Origin: Alphaproteobacteria bacterium
GTDB taxonomy: Bacteria > Pseudomonadota > Alphaproteobacteria > UBA2966
Direction of reading: 5' to 3'
Assembly (NCBI GenBank): GCA_964291395.2
Contig: OZ219858.1
Span: forward strand, 32,001-96,000
DNA length: 64,000 nucleotides
Under the pieces are notes generated by a model, which searched no databases, had not been told where the DNA came from, and was given only the letters and a program-made list of their open reading frames with translations. The translations under genes and the position numbers were made by a program. Every line of letters begins with the position of its first letter. Position 1 is the stretch's first letter. Shown here in pieces: positions 19,067-27,593 of this stretch.

Positions 19067-19825
19067 TCAGAACTCGTCTTGGCGCATCATCCTGTAAATC
19101 TCGGCTTCGAGGTCAACGAGACGAGAATCCCCGGAATCGCGATCTACATTGGGTGTCCGCAGATCCCGGTCGAGGTCGAACACTCTGACGATTTCGCCGG
19201 GCTTGGTCTTGAAAAGCGATATGCGCGAGCCGAGAAGAAGCGCCTCCCGGATCGAATGAGTCACGAACACGACCGTCTTTTGCGTTTCCTTCCAGATTCG
19301 CAGAAGCTCCTGTTGCATGTAAGTCCGCGTCTGAGCGTCGAGCGCTCCGAACGGCTCGTCCATGAGCAGCATGGCGGGATCGTTCGCGAGTACCGAGGCA
19401 AGCACCATTTTCTGTTTCATTCCGCCCGATATCTGAGACGGATAGTAGGTCTCGAACTCGCGGAGGCCGACCAGATCGACATACTTCTGCGCGACATCCA
19501 TGCGCTCGTCCTTCGGCAAACCCTGCACTTCCAGACCGAATTCGATGTTGCGGATGACGGTTCGCCAGGCGAAGTGGGTTCCTTCCTGAAAGACGAGCGC
19601 CCGATCGGCGCCGGGGCCCGTAATCGGCCGGTCACCGCGCGCGACCTGTCCACTCGTCGGGAACTCGAAGCCGGCGATCATGCGCAACAAGGTCGTCTTG
19701 CCGCATCCGCTGGGCCCCAGCAGCACGTGGAGCTCTCCGGTCAATATCTCGAGGTCGATTCCTTGCAGAGCCTGAAAGCCGTTGAAGCTTTTCGAGACAC
19801 TCTCGATCGTGACCTCGGCGCTCAT
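19067..19825 (-). CDS. ABC transporter ATP-binding protein (TauB/SsuB-like)
   Basis: GPSGCGKTT, ISGGMKQK, LLMDEPFGALDAQTR, FVTH. Confidence 0.95.
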   Translation of the reverse strand: MSAEVTIESVSKSFNGFQALQGIDLEILTGELHVLLGPSGCGKTTLLRMIAGFEFPTSGQVARGDRPITGPGADRALVFQEGTHFAWRTVIRNIEFGLEVQGLPKDERMDVAQKYVDLVGLREFETYYPSQISGGMKQKMVLASVLANDPAMLLMDEPFGALDAQTRTYMQQELLRIWKETQKTVVFVTHSIREALLLGSRISLFKTKPGEIVRVFDLDRDLRTPNVDRDSGDSRLVDLEAEIYRMMRQDEF

Positions 19826-20691
19826 CCCTTCACCACTCCTTTGCGCCAACGGAAGAGCACGTCCTCGATGGCCAGGACTCCCCGGACCATGAGTACGCTC
19901 AAGGCGCCGATAGCGACCATCCCGCCGATCACCGCCTCGGTCTCGAAGGCATAACGGGCCTTCCAGATCATCCAGCCGAGACCGTGGTCTACCGAGATCA
20001 TCTCCGCCGCCACGACCGTCATCCAGCAGAAGCCGATGGCGATGCGCATGCCGACGAAAGCCGAGGGAAGCGCCGAGGGAACGACGACCTTCCAGAGAAC
20101 CTGGCGGGTGGATGCACCGAGCGTCTGCGAGTACTCGATAACCTTCTTATCCACCGAGTGGACCCCCGCGATCACGGAGACGATCATCGGGAAGAAGGCT
20201 CCCAGCGTGGTGATGAATATGACCGACTTCACGCCGACGCCGAGCCAGATTACGCTCAGCGGAATCCAGGCCAACGGCGGCACCGGGCGCAGGACCTCGA
20301 CCAGCGGATTTATCAGTTGTTCAAGGACCCGCGACCAGCCGATCAGCAAGCCCAGCGGCATGGCCAGTATCAGCCCGATGAAGAAGCCGCCGAAGACCCG
20401 CGCACAACTCCACAGGATGGCCTGGACCAGATCGCCGGAGACCATGCGGTCGAAGAGCGTGACCACCACCGTGGTAAAGGTGGGCAGCTTGATGGGCGGA
20501 AACACACCTGTCCGCGCGACCGCCTCCCACACCACAATCGCCACCGCGATCACGATCAACGACCGCACCGTTCCGAAGATTCGGGGCTTCGCGCCCGCTC
20601 CGTCAGACTGTGGACTTCGTTGGTCCGCGAGGGCTCCGTGCGTCAGCGTCTCTACCGAGGACTCGGAATCACCCGTCGTCGTGCTGGCCAT
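19822..20691 (-). CDS. ABC transporter permease (TauC/SsuC-like)
   Basis: LRPVPPLAWIPL, EAA-like EYSQTLGAS...VVVPSALP, VVAAEM; ATGA coupling to ATPase. Confidence 0.95.
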   Translation of the reverse strand: MASTTTGDSESSVETLTHGALADQRSPQSDGAGAKPRIFGTVRSLIVIAVAIVVWEAVARTGVFPPIKLPTFTTVVVTLFDRMVSGDLVQAILWSCARVFGGFFIGLILAMPLGLLIGWSRVLEQLINPLVEVLRPVPPLAWIPLSVIWLGVGVKSVIFITTLGAFFPMIVSVIAGVHSVDKKVIEYSQTLGASTRQVLWKVVVPSALPSAFVGMRIAIGFCWMTVVAAEMISVDHGLGWMIWKARYAFETEAVIGGMVAIGALSVLMVRGVLAIEDVLFRWRKGVVKG

Positions 20692-20938
20692 GACGGCATC
20701 TCCCGTATCACGCACAACCCCTCTGCCGTGCGGCAAGGACCTCCCCCGCCGAACCATCGGCCGAGACCGTCGGAACGCGAAACAGCGAAAGTATCGGCCG
20801 GTGGCACGGGGCTGACAAACGATTAATCATCGGGTTCGCACAAATCCTACTAAAGCGATGGTATCGATCCTTGCAACCGAGGCGAAGGTGACGTTCGCCC
20901 GGCTGTCCGAAAATCCCTTTCGCCAAGCACTTGGCATA

Positions 20939-21069
20939 GCGGCCGCCTGTTCGACTTGACGGGTTCGTACGACATTACGTGGTGGATCGCCGTCGCCCTC
21001 GGCCTCGCCGCGGCGGCCCTTCACTATCCCATCGACGAACGGCCGCTCAGGCGCGCGGCTCCCGCTTGA
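20939..21069 (+). repeat. Direct repeat copy 2: detached MFS 3' fragment (right junction)
   Basis: Translates GRLFDLTGSYDITWWIAVALGLAAAALHYPIDERPLRRAAPA*, no start or upstream MFS sequence. Confidence 0.95.
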
Positions 21070-21117
21070 CGCCCGACATGCCGAGCGTCACGTAGCCGCC
21101 TCCTCCAGAGCACGGGT

Positions 21118-22665
21118 TCAGTTCAATCTCAGCAGAAACGTGTGAGTCCCGACGGTGGTCGAAACTTCGAGGTCACCGTCGACCTCGCGCCAGTCGTCGC
21201 TCCTTTCCCCATCGACGATGACCGTGCACGACTTGGGATTCACGTTGGTCACGCGGAAGGTCGTGGGCTCGCCGCGCGCCGGCGGGATCCCGGGATCGGT
21301 CGCCACGACCAGCATGCGCCGGCTCTCGTCGTAGACCGCTTGGCTCAGGCAAACCTTGGGAAAGTCGACGCCGTAGACCGTCGGATCGACGAACTTCCTC
21401 AAGTTGGGCTCGTTGAAGAGCCGCCACCAGGCGCCTTCACTGATCGATTCCGCCATGGCGGCCGAAGCGTTGAACTGGCCGCGCGGGTGCGGCTCGTTCA
21501 GCCCGAACCTCCAGGTGAATTCCAGCGTCTCGGGGTCGAGGGTGGGTTCGTGGTGCTCCTCGGCGCAGACCTTGAGCTTGGCGTGGACCGCGTCGTCGCC
21601 GAATTCGCGGGCGAAGGCCAGGCCGTAAAGCGTGGCCCGCGGGTTGCCGGGCGACTCTTCGGCGGGCTCGAGCGATCTCCAACCCAGACATTCGACGGCC
21701 GAATCGAAGAACTGGCGCGCCACGTCGTGGCGCTGCGGGGCCAGCCCGAGGACCATGAGGAACTTGTCGTAGTTGCCCCAGAAGAACGACCCGGTGCCGT
21801 CGGGCCGCATGCTGATCTTATGGTTGTAGTCGATTATCGGGTCGTAGTAGTTGGTGTACCAGTCACCGACCTTGCCGTCCCGCATGGGCAGGTAGTGGTG
21901 CAGCGCGTATTCCCACCAGTTGTCGAAGACCAGATGCAGGTCCGTGCGGTGATTGATGTCGTGGAGCCTCAGACCGAGGCCCGCGGGAGCCAGTCATATG
22001 GGCCAGACCTTGGTGTTCTCGCAGTGGCACCCTTCGGGCCGTGACGACCACTGTTTGGCGAGGTGCCCGGCAACGCCCGAATAGGTCCAGGTGAACGTGT
22101 TCTCGCCGTCTCGGATGGTCTCGAAGGGCTCGTTCCACTTGTCGTCGTTCGTGACGTACTTGTGCAGCCCGAGGACGATGAGGAAATTCCCCTTGAGCCA
22201 GAGCGCGCCGTCGGCCCGGATAGGGTCGATCTGGCGGCCCCAGGGCTCGACCCCGTCGGCGGTCCAGCCGGGCGTGTCGTAGCGGCCACGCAGGAACCGG
22301 GGGATCCAGGCCTCGTACCATTCCTCCGGATACTGGTCGCGGCGCGGGTCCTCGCCGATCTGCGTCAGCCAGTCCTCCGCAGCCCACCAGCCCGTATAGC
22401 GAAATGTGAGCTCGTCGAGGATGGTGCCGTAGACCTCGCGCCAAGCCGGGGTGGTATCGCACATGAGGCCCATGGCATAGCTCGACTCGAACAGGTCGAA
22501 ACGGTACCAGGAGCGCCGCGGCTCGCCGCTGATGTTGTCCCAGTGGGGATGGGGCCGGCTCTCCTTGTCCCAGTTGTCCGGGGTCGTCGCCTTGCGGTGG
22601 AGATAGCGAAGCCACCCGCGGCTGCGTTCGCTGAGTTCCGGGTAACCTGCCACTGTCGACGGCAT
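21118..22665 (-). CDS. Linalool dehydratase/isomerase (Ldi)-like protein, predicted selenoprotein (Sec codon 224, TGA 21994-21996), 515 aa
   Basis: ORFs 21994-22665 and 21118-21885 are in frame with only a TGA between; CHCENTKVWPI-U-LAPAGLGLRLHD resembles the Ldi Cys-x8-Cys region; SECIS-like hairpin follows. Confidence 0.8.
21964..21982 (-). promoter_or_regulatory. Bacterial SECIS element
   Basis: GGGCCTC-GGTCT-GAGGCTC hairpin; loop starts after 18 nt from TGA and begins GG. Confidence 0.75.
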
Positions 22666-22850
22666 GAAGCGCCCTTACCCTCTAGTTGTCTTGGCCCGCA
22701 ACAGAGAGTGTAGCGGGCAATTCCCGGATGACAATTGTCCCGTCCGAGAACGGTGCCCGTCCCGAAGACGGCACGAAAACTGGTACAGTTTTCAAGCCCC
22801 CGGTAGAGTGACCTTCCCGGTCGATCGTCATATTCGAGGAAAGGATCCGC

Positions 22851-23483
22851 ATGAAGCTCCACGACTTCGATCCCGCTCCCAATGCCCAGCGTGTCCGCGT
22901 GTTCATGGCGGAGAAGGGACTCGAGATTCCGATCGTCGAGGTGAAGGTACGCGACGGCGTGATGTTCGAAGAACCCTACCGCTCCATGAACCCCTTCGCG
23001 GTCGTTCCGTTCCTCGAGCTCGATGACGGGACGTGCATCGGCGAGTCGGTCTCTATCTGCCGCTACCTGGAAGATCTCCATCCGACGCCCTCCCTGATGG
23101 GACGCGACCCCAAGGAACGAGCACTCATCGACATGTGGAACCGTCGGGTCGAACTGGACGGTTACTTGCCCATCATGCATGCGCTGCGCAACGCGGAGCC
23201 TTCATTTCAGGGGCGGGTCGTCCCCGGCACACGGAACGATCTCGTCCAATTCCCCGAAATCGTCGAGCGGGGCAAGGACATGCAGCTGATCCTGCTCGAA
23301 CGGCTCGAGGCGCAGCTCGCGGACAATCGCTTCATCGCCGGCGAGGCCTTCTCCATCGCCGATATCACCGGCTATTTCTTGATCCGATTGGGAGACCGGC
23401 TCGATTTCCCAATTCCCGATGACCGGCCCAACGTGGCACGCTGGTACGAAGACGTGGCCGCCCGTCCGAGCACCCAGGCCTAG
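22851..23483 (+). CDS. Glutathione S-transferase family protein
   Basis: APNAQRVRVFMAEKG, NP...VP.LELDDG.CIGES..ICRYLE, FSIADIT. Confidence 0.93.
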   Translation: MKLHDFDPAPNAQRVRVFMAEKGLEIPIVEVKVRDGVMFEEPYRSMNPFAVVPFLELDDGTCIGESVSICRYLEDLHPTPSLMGRDPKERALIDMWNRRVELDGYLPIMHALRNAEPSFQGRVVPGTRNDLVQFPEIVERGKDMQLILLERLEAQLADNRFIAGEAFSIADITGYFLIRLGDRLDFPIPDDRPNVARWYEDVAARPSTQA

Positions 23484-23589
23484 GAAACGGCGCGCCCGCA
23501 CGGTTCCGCCCCGACACCATGCGCTTTGACGAAGCGCCCGTCTCTCCTACACTGGACGAGGGCTCTGACTCCGTATCTGGAAGGCTGCC

Positions 23590-24537
23590 ATGTCCGTCTC
23601 CCTCGTCTGCATGTCGCACAGCCCGCTCATGATGGGCGCGCTGTCCCCTTCCGATCGGTCCCAGGAGGAGACGTTCTTCCACGTTGTCAGCGAAGCCGGA
23701 GAGTGGATCGAATCTAGGGACCCGGACCTGATCGTGGTTTTCGGACCGGATCATTTCGGTGGGCTTTTCTACGATCTGATGCCGGGCTTCGTGATCGCCG
23801 CCGCGGCCCATGGCAGCCACGATTGGGGACTGGAACCGGGTCCCCTGGACGTTCCCGAGGACATCGCCATGGCGTGCTTCCGCCACCTCACGGCCGAGGG
23901 ATTCGATCCGGCGTTTTCCTACGACATGCGGGTCGACCACGGCACCACCATCCCGCTGATCAAACTCACCGGAGCGCTGGCCGCCTACCCGGTCCTGCCC
24001 ATCGTCATCAACTGCGCCGCCATCACCCGCCCCGGGTTCCGCCGCGTACGGGAGTTGGGCGCCGCGGTCGGTCGATTTTTGGCCGGCCTCGACAAGCGCA
24101 TCGTCATCATCGGCTCCGGGGGACTTTCGCACGATCCGCCCACGCCGGTGATCGACCTCAACGACGAGAGAATCGTAAACAGAGTGGTCAAGCGGAACGT
24201 GCCTACACCCGAGGAGTTCAAGCGCCGCGAAGCCCGGGTGGTCGAGGCGGCGAAGGCGATGTGCCGGGGCGAAGGTCCGCTTCTGCCGCCGAGCGAGAAG
24301 TTCGACCGGCGATTCCTGGAGCATTTGATGATGGGCGACCTCGAAGCGTTCGACGACTGGTCCGATGAGATGATGGACCGGGAAGCCGGGTTCGGCGGCC
24401 ATGAAGTGCGCTGCTGGGTGGCCGCCGCGGCGGCGGTGGCGGCGGCGTCGGACGGCGAGCCGGATTTCACCCTCGACTATTACGACATCATCCCCGAGTG
24501 GATCACCGGCATGGCCGTGGTGCGCGGCACCGCGTAG
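23590..24537 (+). CDS. mhpB: Extradiol ring-cleavage dioxygenase, MhpB/LigB family
   Basis: CMSHSPL, FGPDHF.GLFYDLMP, VDHG, GSGGLSHDPP, GGHEVRCWVAA. Confidence 0.85.
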   Translation: MSVSLVCMSHSPLMMGALSPSDRSQEETFFHVVSEAGEWIESRDPDLIVVFGPDHFGGLFYDLMPGFVIAAAAHGSHDWGLEPGPLDVPEDIAMACFRHLTAEGFDPAFSYDMRVDHGTTIPLIKLTGALAAYPVLPIVINCAAITRPGFRRVRELGAAVGRFLAGLDKRIVIIGSGGLSHDPPTPVIDLNDERIVNRVVKRNVPTPEEFKRREARVVEAAKAMCRGEGPLLPPSEKFDRRFLEHLMMGDLEAFDDWSDEMMDREAGFGGHEVRCWVAAAAAVAAASDGEPDFTLDYYDIIPEWITGMAVVRGTA

Positions 24538-24754
24538 TTCCTGCGCCGACCAAGACACGCTCGACCCCCGTCCAACTCTCCCTCCCTCGCCGAGGCCGTG
24601 GAGGGCAGGAGGCCATGTCCACGAAAGCACCTCGCACTTTGGAAAATCATCGCATTCCCGCCTGCGGCGGCAGGCATCACCGAAGCGTTGATCCCACCGT
24701 CCCGGTTGACGGGTTTTCACGAATCTGCTGCAAGAGCCCACTCCGGGTACCGAT

Positions 24755-25978
24755 GTGACAACCGCCGCATCCGCTCCTCTCAGCCGAGACGTCAAGGTCA
24801 TCGGCCTTGTCGGAAGCGCGCACGTCGTCAGCCATTTCTTTCAGCTGGCGTTGCCGCCGCTTTTTCCGATCCTCAAAGACGATCTGGGCGTCTCCTACGC
24901 CGCTCTCGGCCTGTTGAGTACGGTTTTCTTCGTCGCCTCGGCCGTAACCCAACCCGCCATGGGATTTCTCGTGGACCGCATCGGCGCGCGGCGCGTGCTG
25001 ATCATCGGCATCACCCTGCTCGGCCTCTCTTATCTGATGATGGGGCTGCTGCCCACGTATCCCGCCTTCATCGTCCTGGCAGCGATCGGCGGAGTCGGCA
25101 ACTCCGTGTTCCATCCCGCGGACTACTCGATCCTGACGGCATCCGTCAGCGAGAGGCGTTTGGGCCGGGCCTACAGCGCCCATACGGTGGGCGGCAACGT
25201 CGGCTGGACCCTTGCCCCAATCGTCATGATCGCATTGGCTGCCGTCATCGGGTGGCAGGGCGCCCTGATCTCGATCGGCATCGCCGGATTGGCGCTCGGC
25301 GCGTTCCTGACGTGGCGAGGCTCGCTGCTGCGAGACGAAAGCGACGCTCATAGACGTTCGGAGGGGGGTGGCGATGGTGGTTCGCGAACCACGGGGTTCG
25401 CGTTCCTCTTCAACGCGTCCATTCTCGCGTCTTTCATCTTCTTCATGTTCCTGGCCATGGGGCAGTTCGGGATTCAGTCGTTCTCCGTGACCGCGCTCAA
25501 CACGGTCTACGGCGTCGATCTCGCGCTGGCCGGTTCCGTGCTAACGACCTATCTGGCGGCGGGCGCCGTCGGGACCATCGTCGGCGGGGTCGCGGCCGAC
25601 CGCGTGCGGGACCCCGGGATGATCGTCGCGGTCACCTTCGCGATTACGGCGCTGATCTTCGTGGCCATGGGTGGCCTCGAATTGCCGTTTTGGGCGATGT
25701 TCACGGGCTTCGCCCTGACCGGGTTCGCCATGGGAGTCGCCATGCCGTCCCGAGATCTCATCGTCAAGCGCGCAACGCCGGCGGGCGCGACGGGCCGGGT
25801 GTTCGGCTTCGTCTACTCCGGGCTGGATATCGGCGGGACCATCACCCCGGTCTTGTTCGGCGCCTTCATGGACCTCGGCCGGCCCCACTGGCTCTATCAC
25901 ACCGTGGCGCTGCTGATCTTTGCCGCCATATGCAGTGTCCTGGTTGTCCGGCAACGGACCGGCGGCGCCAGCGGCTGA
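24755..25978 (+). CDS. MFS transporter (Fsr-like)
   Basis: HVVSHFFQLALPPLFP, GFLVDRIGARR, GNSVFHPAD. Confidence 0.92.
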   Translation: MTTAASAPLSRDVKVIGLVGSAHVVSHFFQLALPPLFPILKDDLGVSYAALGLLSTVFFVASAVTQPAMGFLVDRIGARRVLIIGITLLGLSYLMMGLLPTYPAFIVLAAIGGVGNSVFHPADYSILTASVSERRLGRAYSAHTVGGNVGWTLAPIVMIALAAVIGWQGALISIGIAGLALGAFLTWRGSLLRDESDAHRRSEGGGDGGSRTTGFAFLFNASILASFIFFMFLAMGQFGIQSFSVTALNTVYGVDLALAGSVLTTYLAAGAVGTIVGGVAADRVRDPGMIVAVTFAITALIFVAMGGLELPFWAMFTGFALTGFAMGVAMPSRDLIVKRATPAGATGRVFGFVYSGLDIGGTITPVLFGAFMDLGRPHWLYHTVALLIFAAICSVLVVRQRTGGASG

Positions 25979-25997
25979 CGGAGGACACCATTCAGTC

Positions 25998-26033
25998 CCA
26001 TGGCGGTTTCAAGCCGGGTTTGAACCGCCATGG
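25998..26033. repeat. REP-like palindrome copy 1, possible bidirectional terminator
   Basis: CCATGGCGGTT...AACCGCCATGG at convergent gene ends; near-copy at 60900-60934. Confidence 0.7.
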
Positions 26034-26686
26034 AGCCCCTTGAAATCCGACGGCGCGTCGGACTGGTTTTGCGCCAGGGCATCGCGGAACGCCGGCATGC
26101 CCTCGCACAATCCGTAGATCCGCCGCACCGTCGGATAGAGCGTCAAATCACAGTCATAGCGGCGCGAAACCTGTATCAGCGAGGCCAGGCATATGTCGGC
26201 GAACGTCAGAGATTCTCCATGGCAATAAGTTCCCGTGGCCGGATCACCGACGAGCGACGCCTCCAGCATTTCCAGCCCCTGGCGAACCCAGTCATGGCAC
26301 CAGCGACGAACGCCAGCCTCGTCCTGGTTCAGGTCGTCGGCAAGGCGGTTGCGTATGCGGCTGGGCAGCAGTGCGAAGATGTCCCCGACCAAGGCGAGCG
26401 ACAGGCTGCGCACGCGTGCCCGGCCGGCCGCATCCTCGGGCAGCAGCGGGGGCTCGGGAAATCTCTCCTCCAGGTACTCGAGGATGGCCAGGGACTGCGT
26501 TACGACCACGTCGCCATCCTTCAGCGCCGGAATCTTTCCCTGCGGGTTGAGGGCCCGGTAACCGGGGGACGCGGTGTCGCCCTTCAGAACATCGACGATC
26601 TCGTCCTCGTAGGCGATGCCCTTGAGATTGAGCGCGACACGCGCCCGGTAGACATTGGAGGACAGGTAATAGCCGTAAAGTTTCAT
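26009..26686 (-). CDS. maiA: Maleylacetoacetate isomerase-like GST zeta protein
   Basis: MKLYGYYLSSNVYRARVALNLKG, NPQGKIPAL, QSLAILEYLEE, YCHGE..T.ADICL. Confidence 0.8.
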   Translation of the reverse strand: MKLYGYYLSSNVYRARVALNLKGIAYEDEIVDVLKGDTASPGYRALNPQGKIPALKDGDVVVTQSLAILEYLEERFPEPPLLPEDAAGRARVRSLSLALVGDIFALLPSRIRNRLADDLNQDEAGVRRWCHDWVRQGLEMLEASLVGDPATGTYCHGESLTFADICLASLIQVSRRYDCDLTLYPTVRRIYGLCEGMPAFRDALAQNQSDAPSDFKGLHGGSNPA

Positions 26687-26694
26687 GGGACGGA

Positions 26695-27489
26695 TCACCC
26701 CTTGTTCAGGAACGCGCTCATCCGCTCCTCCCGCTCCGGCAGATTGAAGACCACCGCCGCCAGATCCTGTTGGAGCGCGAAGGCGGTTTCATTGTCGGGG
26801 GGGCCTTCACATCGGACGAGCGCTTCCTTGGCCATCGACAGCACCGTCGGGGGCTTGTCGAGCAACCGCGCGACGATGTCCGTCACGGCCCTGTCGAGGC
26901 CGCCCTCGGGTGCGACCCGGGTCACCAGACCGAGGTCCTTGGCTTCTTCGGCGTCGATCCGTTCGGCGAGAAGAACCATCTCGAAGGCCCGGGCTCGACT
27001 ACCCAGATGACGGGGCAGCAGCGCGGCGCCCCCGACGATGCCGACATCAATCTCGGGCTGCGCGAATCGCGCGTGGGGCGCGGCGATCACGATGTCACCC
27101 GCCATGACGAGCGCGCAGCCGGCACCGAAGCCCAGGCCGTTGGCGGCAATCACCACAACTTGGGGCAGCGCGCGCAGACGGCGGTAGATGTCCACCGTGT
27201 ACCCGGCGAATTTACGAAAACCCGAGACGGTCAGCTTGGAGACATCGTCGATATCGGCCCCCGCGCAGAAGGCTTTCTCGCCGGCGCCGGTGAGGACGAG
27301 AACCGACACGCCGCGATCCTTCGCCAATTCATCGGCGACGTGAAACAGTTCTTCGAACATGCGCCAACCCAGCGCGTTCAGCTTGTCGGGTCGATTCAGC
27401 GTCACTCGAACGACGCGATCCTCGTGCGTCCGCCCGACCGAGATTTGCTCGTAGTCCACGATGAGTTCCCCCTCTCGATCTCCGGTCAC
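26695..27489 (-). CDS. Enoyl-CoA hydratase/isomerase family protein
   Basis: TLNRPDKLNAL, AFCAGADI, FAQPEIDVG. Confidence 0.93.
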   Translation of the reverse strand: MTGDREGELIVDYEQISVGRTHEDRVVRVTLNRPDKLNALGWRMFEELFHVADELAKDRGVSVLVLTGAGEKAFCAGADIDDVSKLTVSGFRKFAGYTVDIYRRLRALPQVVVIAANGLGFGAGCALVMAGDIVIAAPHARFAQPEIDVGIVGGAALLPRHLGSRARAFEMVLLAERIDAEEAKDLGLVTRVAPEGGLDRAVTDIVARLLDKPPTVLSMAKEALVRCEGPPDNETAFALQQDLAAVVFNLPEREERMSAFLNKG

Positions 27490-27593
27490 AACCTATCCCA
27501 CCGACCCGTTTCGGCCCAAGCGCCGCCCACCTTTACGCCAACGGAACGACCCTTCACACTTGCCCGCCGTTCAACCGGAAGGCCCTCAGCCGC

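Larger units (their letters stand above)
12311..20938. mobile_element. Putative inserted island carrying the thermosome cluster; no integrase or transposase seen
   Basis: Bounded by direct repeats of the MFS 3' end; all eight genes on the minus strand; atypical gene content. Confidence 0.65.

Noticed and set aside
5160-22665. Genome-wide UGA-to-Trp/Gly recoding as the explanation for in-frame TGAs
   Set aside because: Many genes here end in TGA, including ATGA-coupled pairs, and Trp uses TGG
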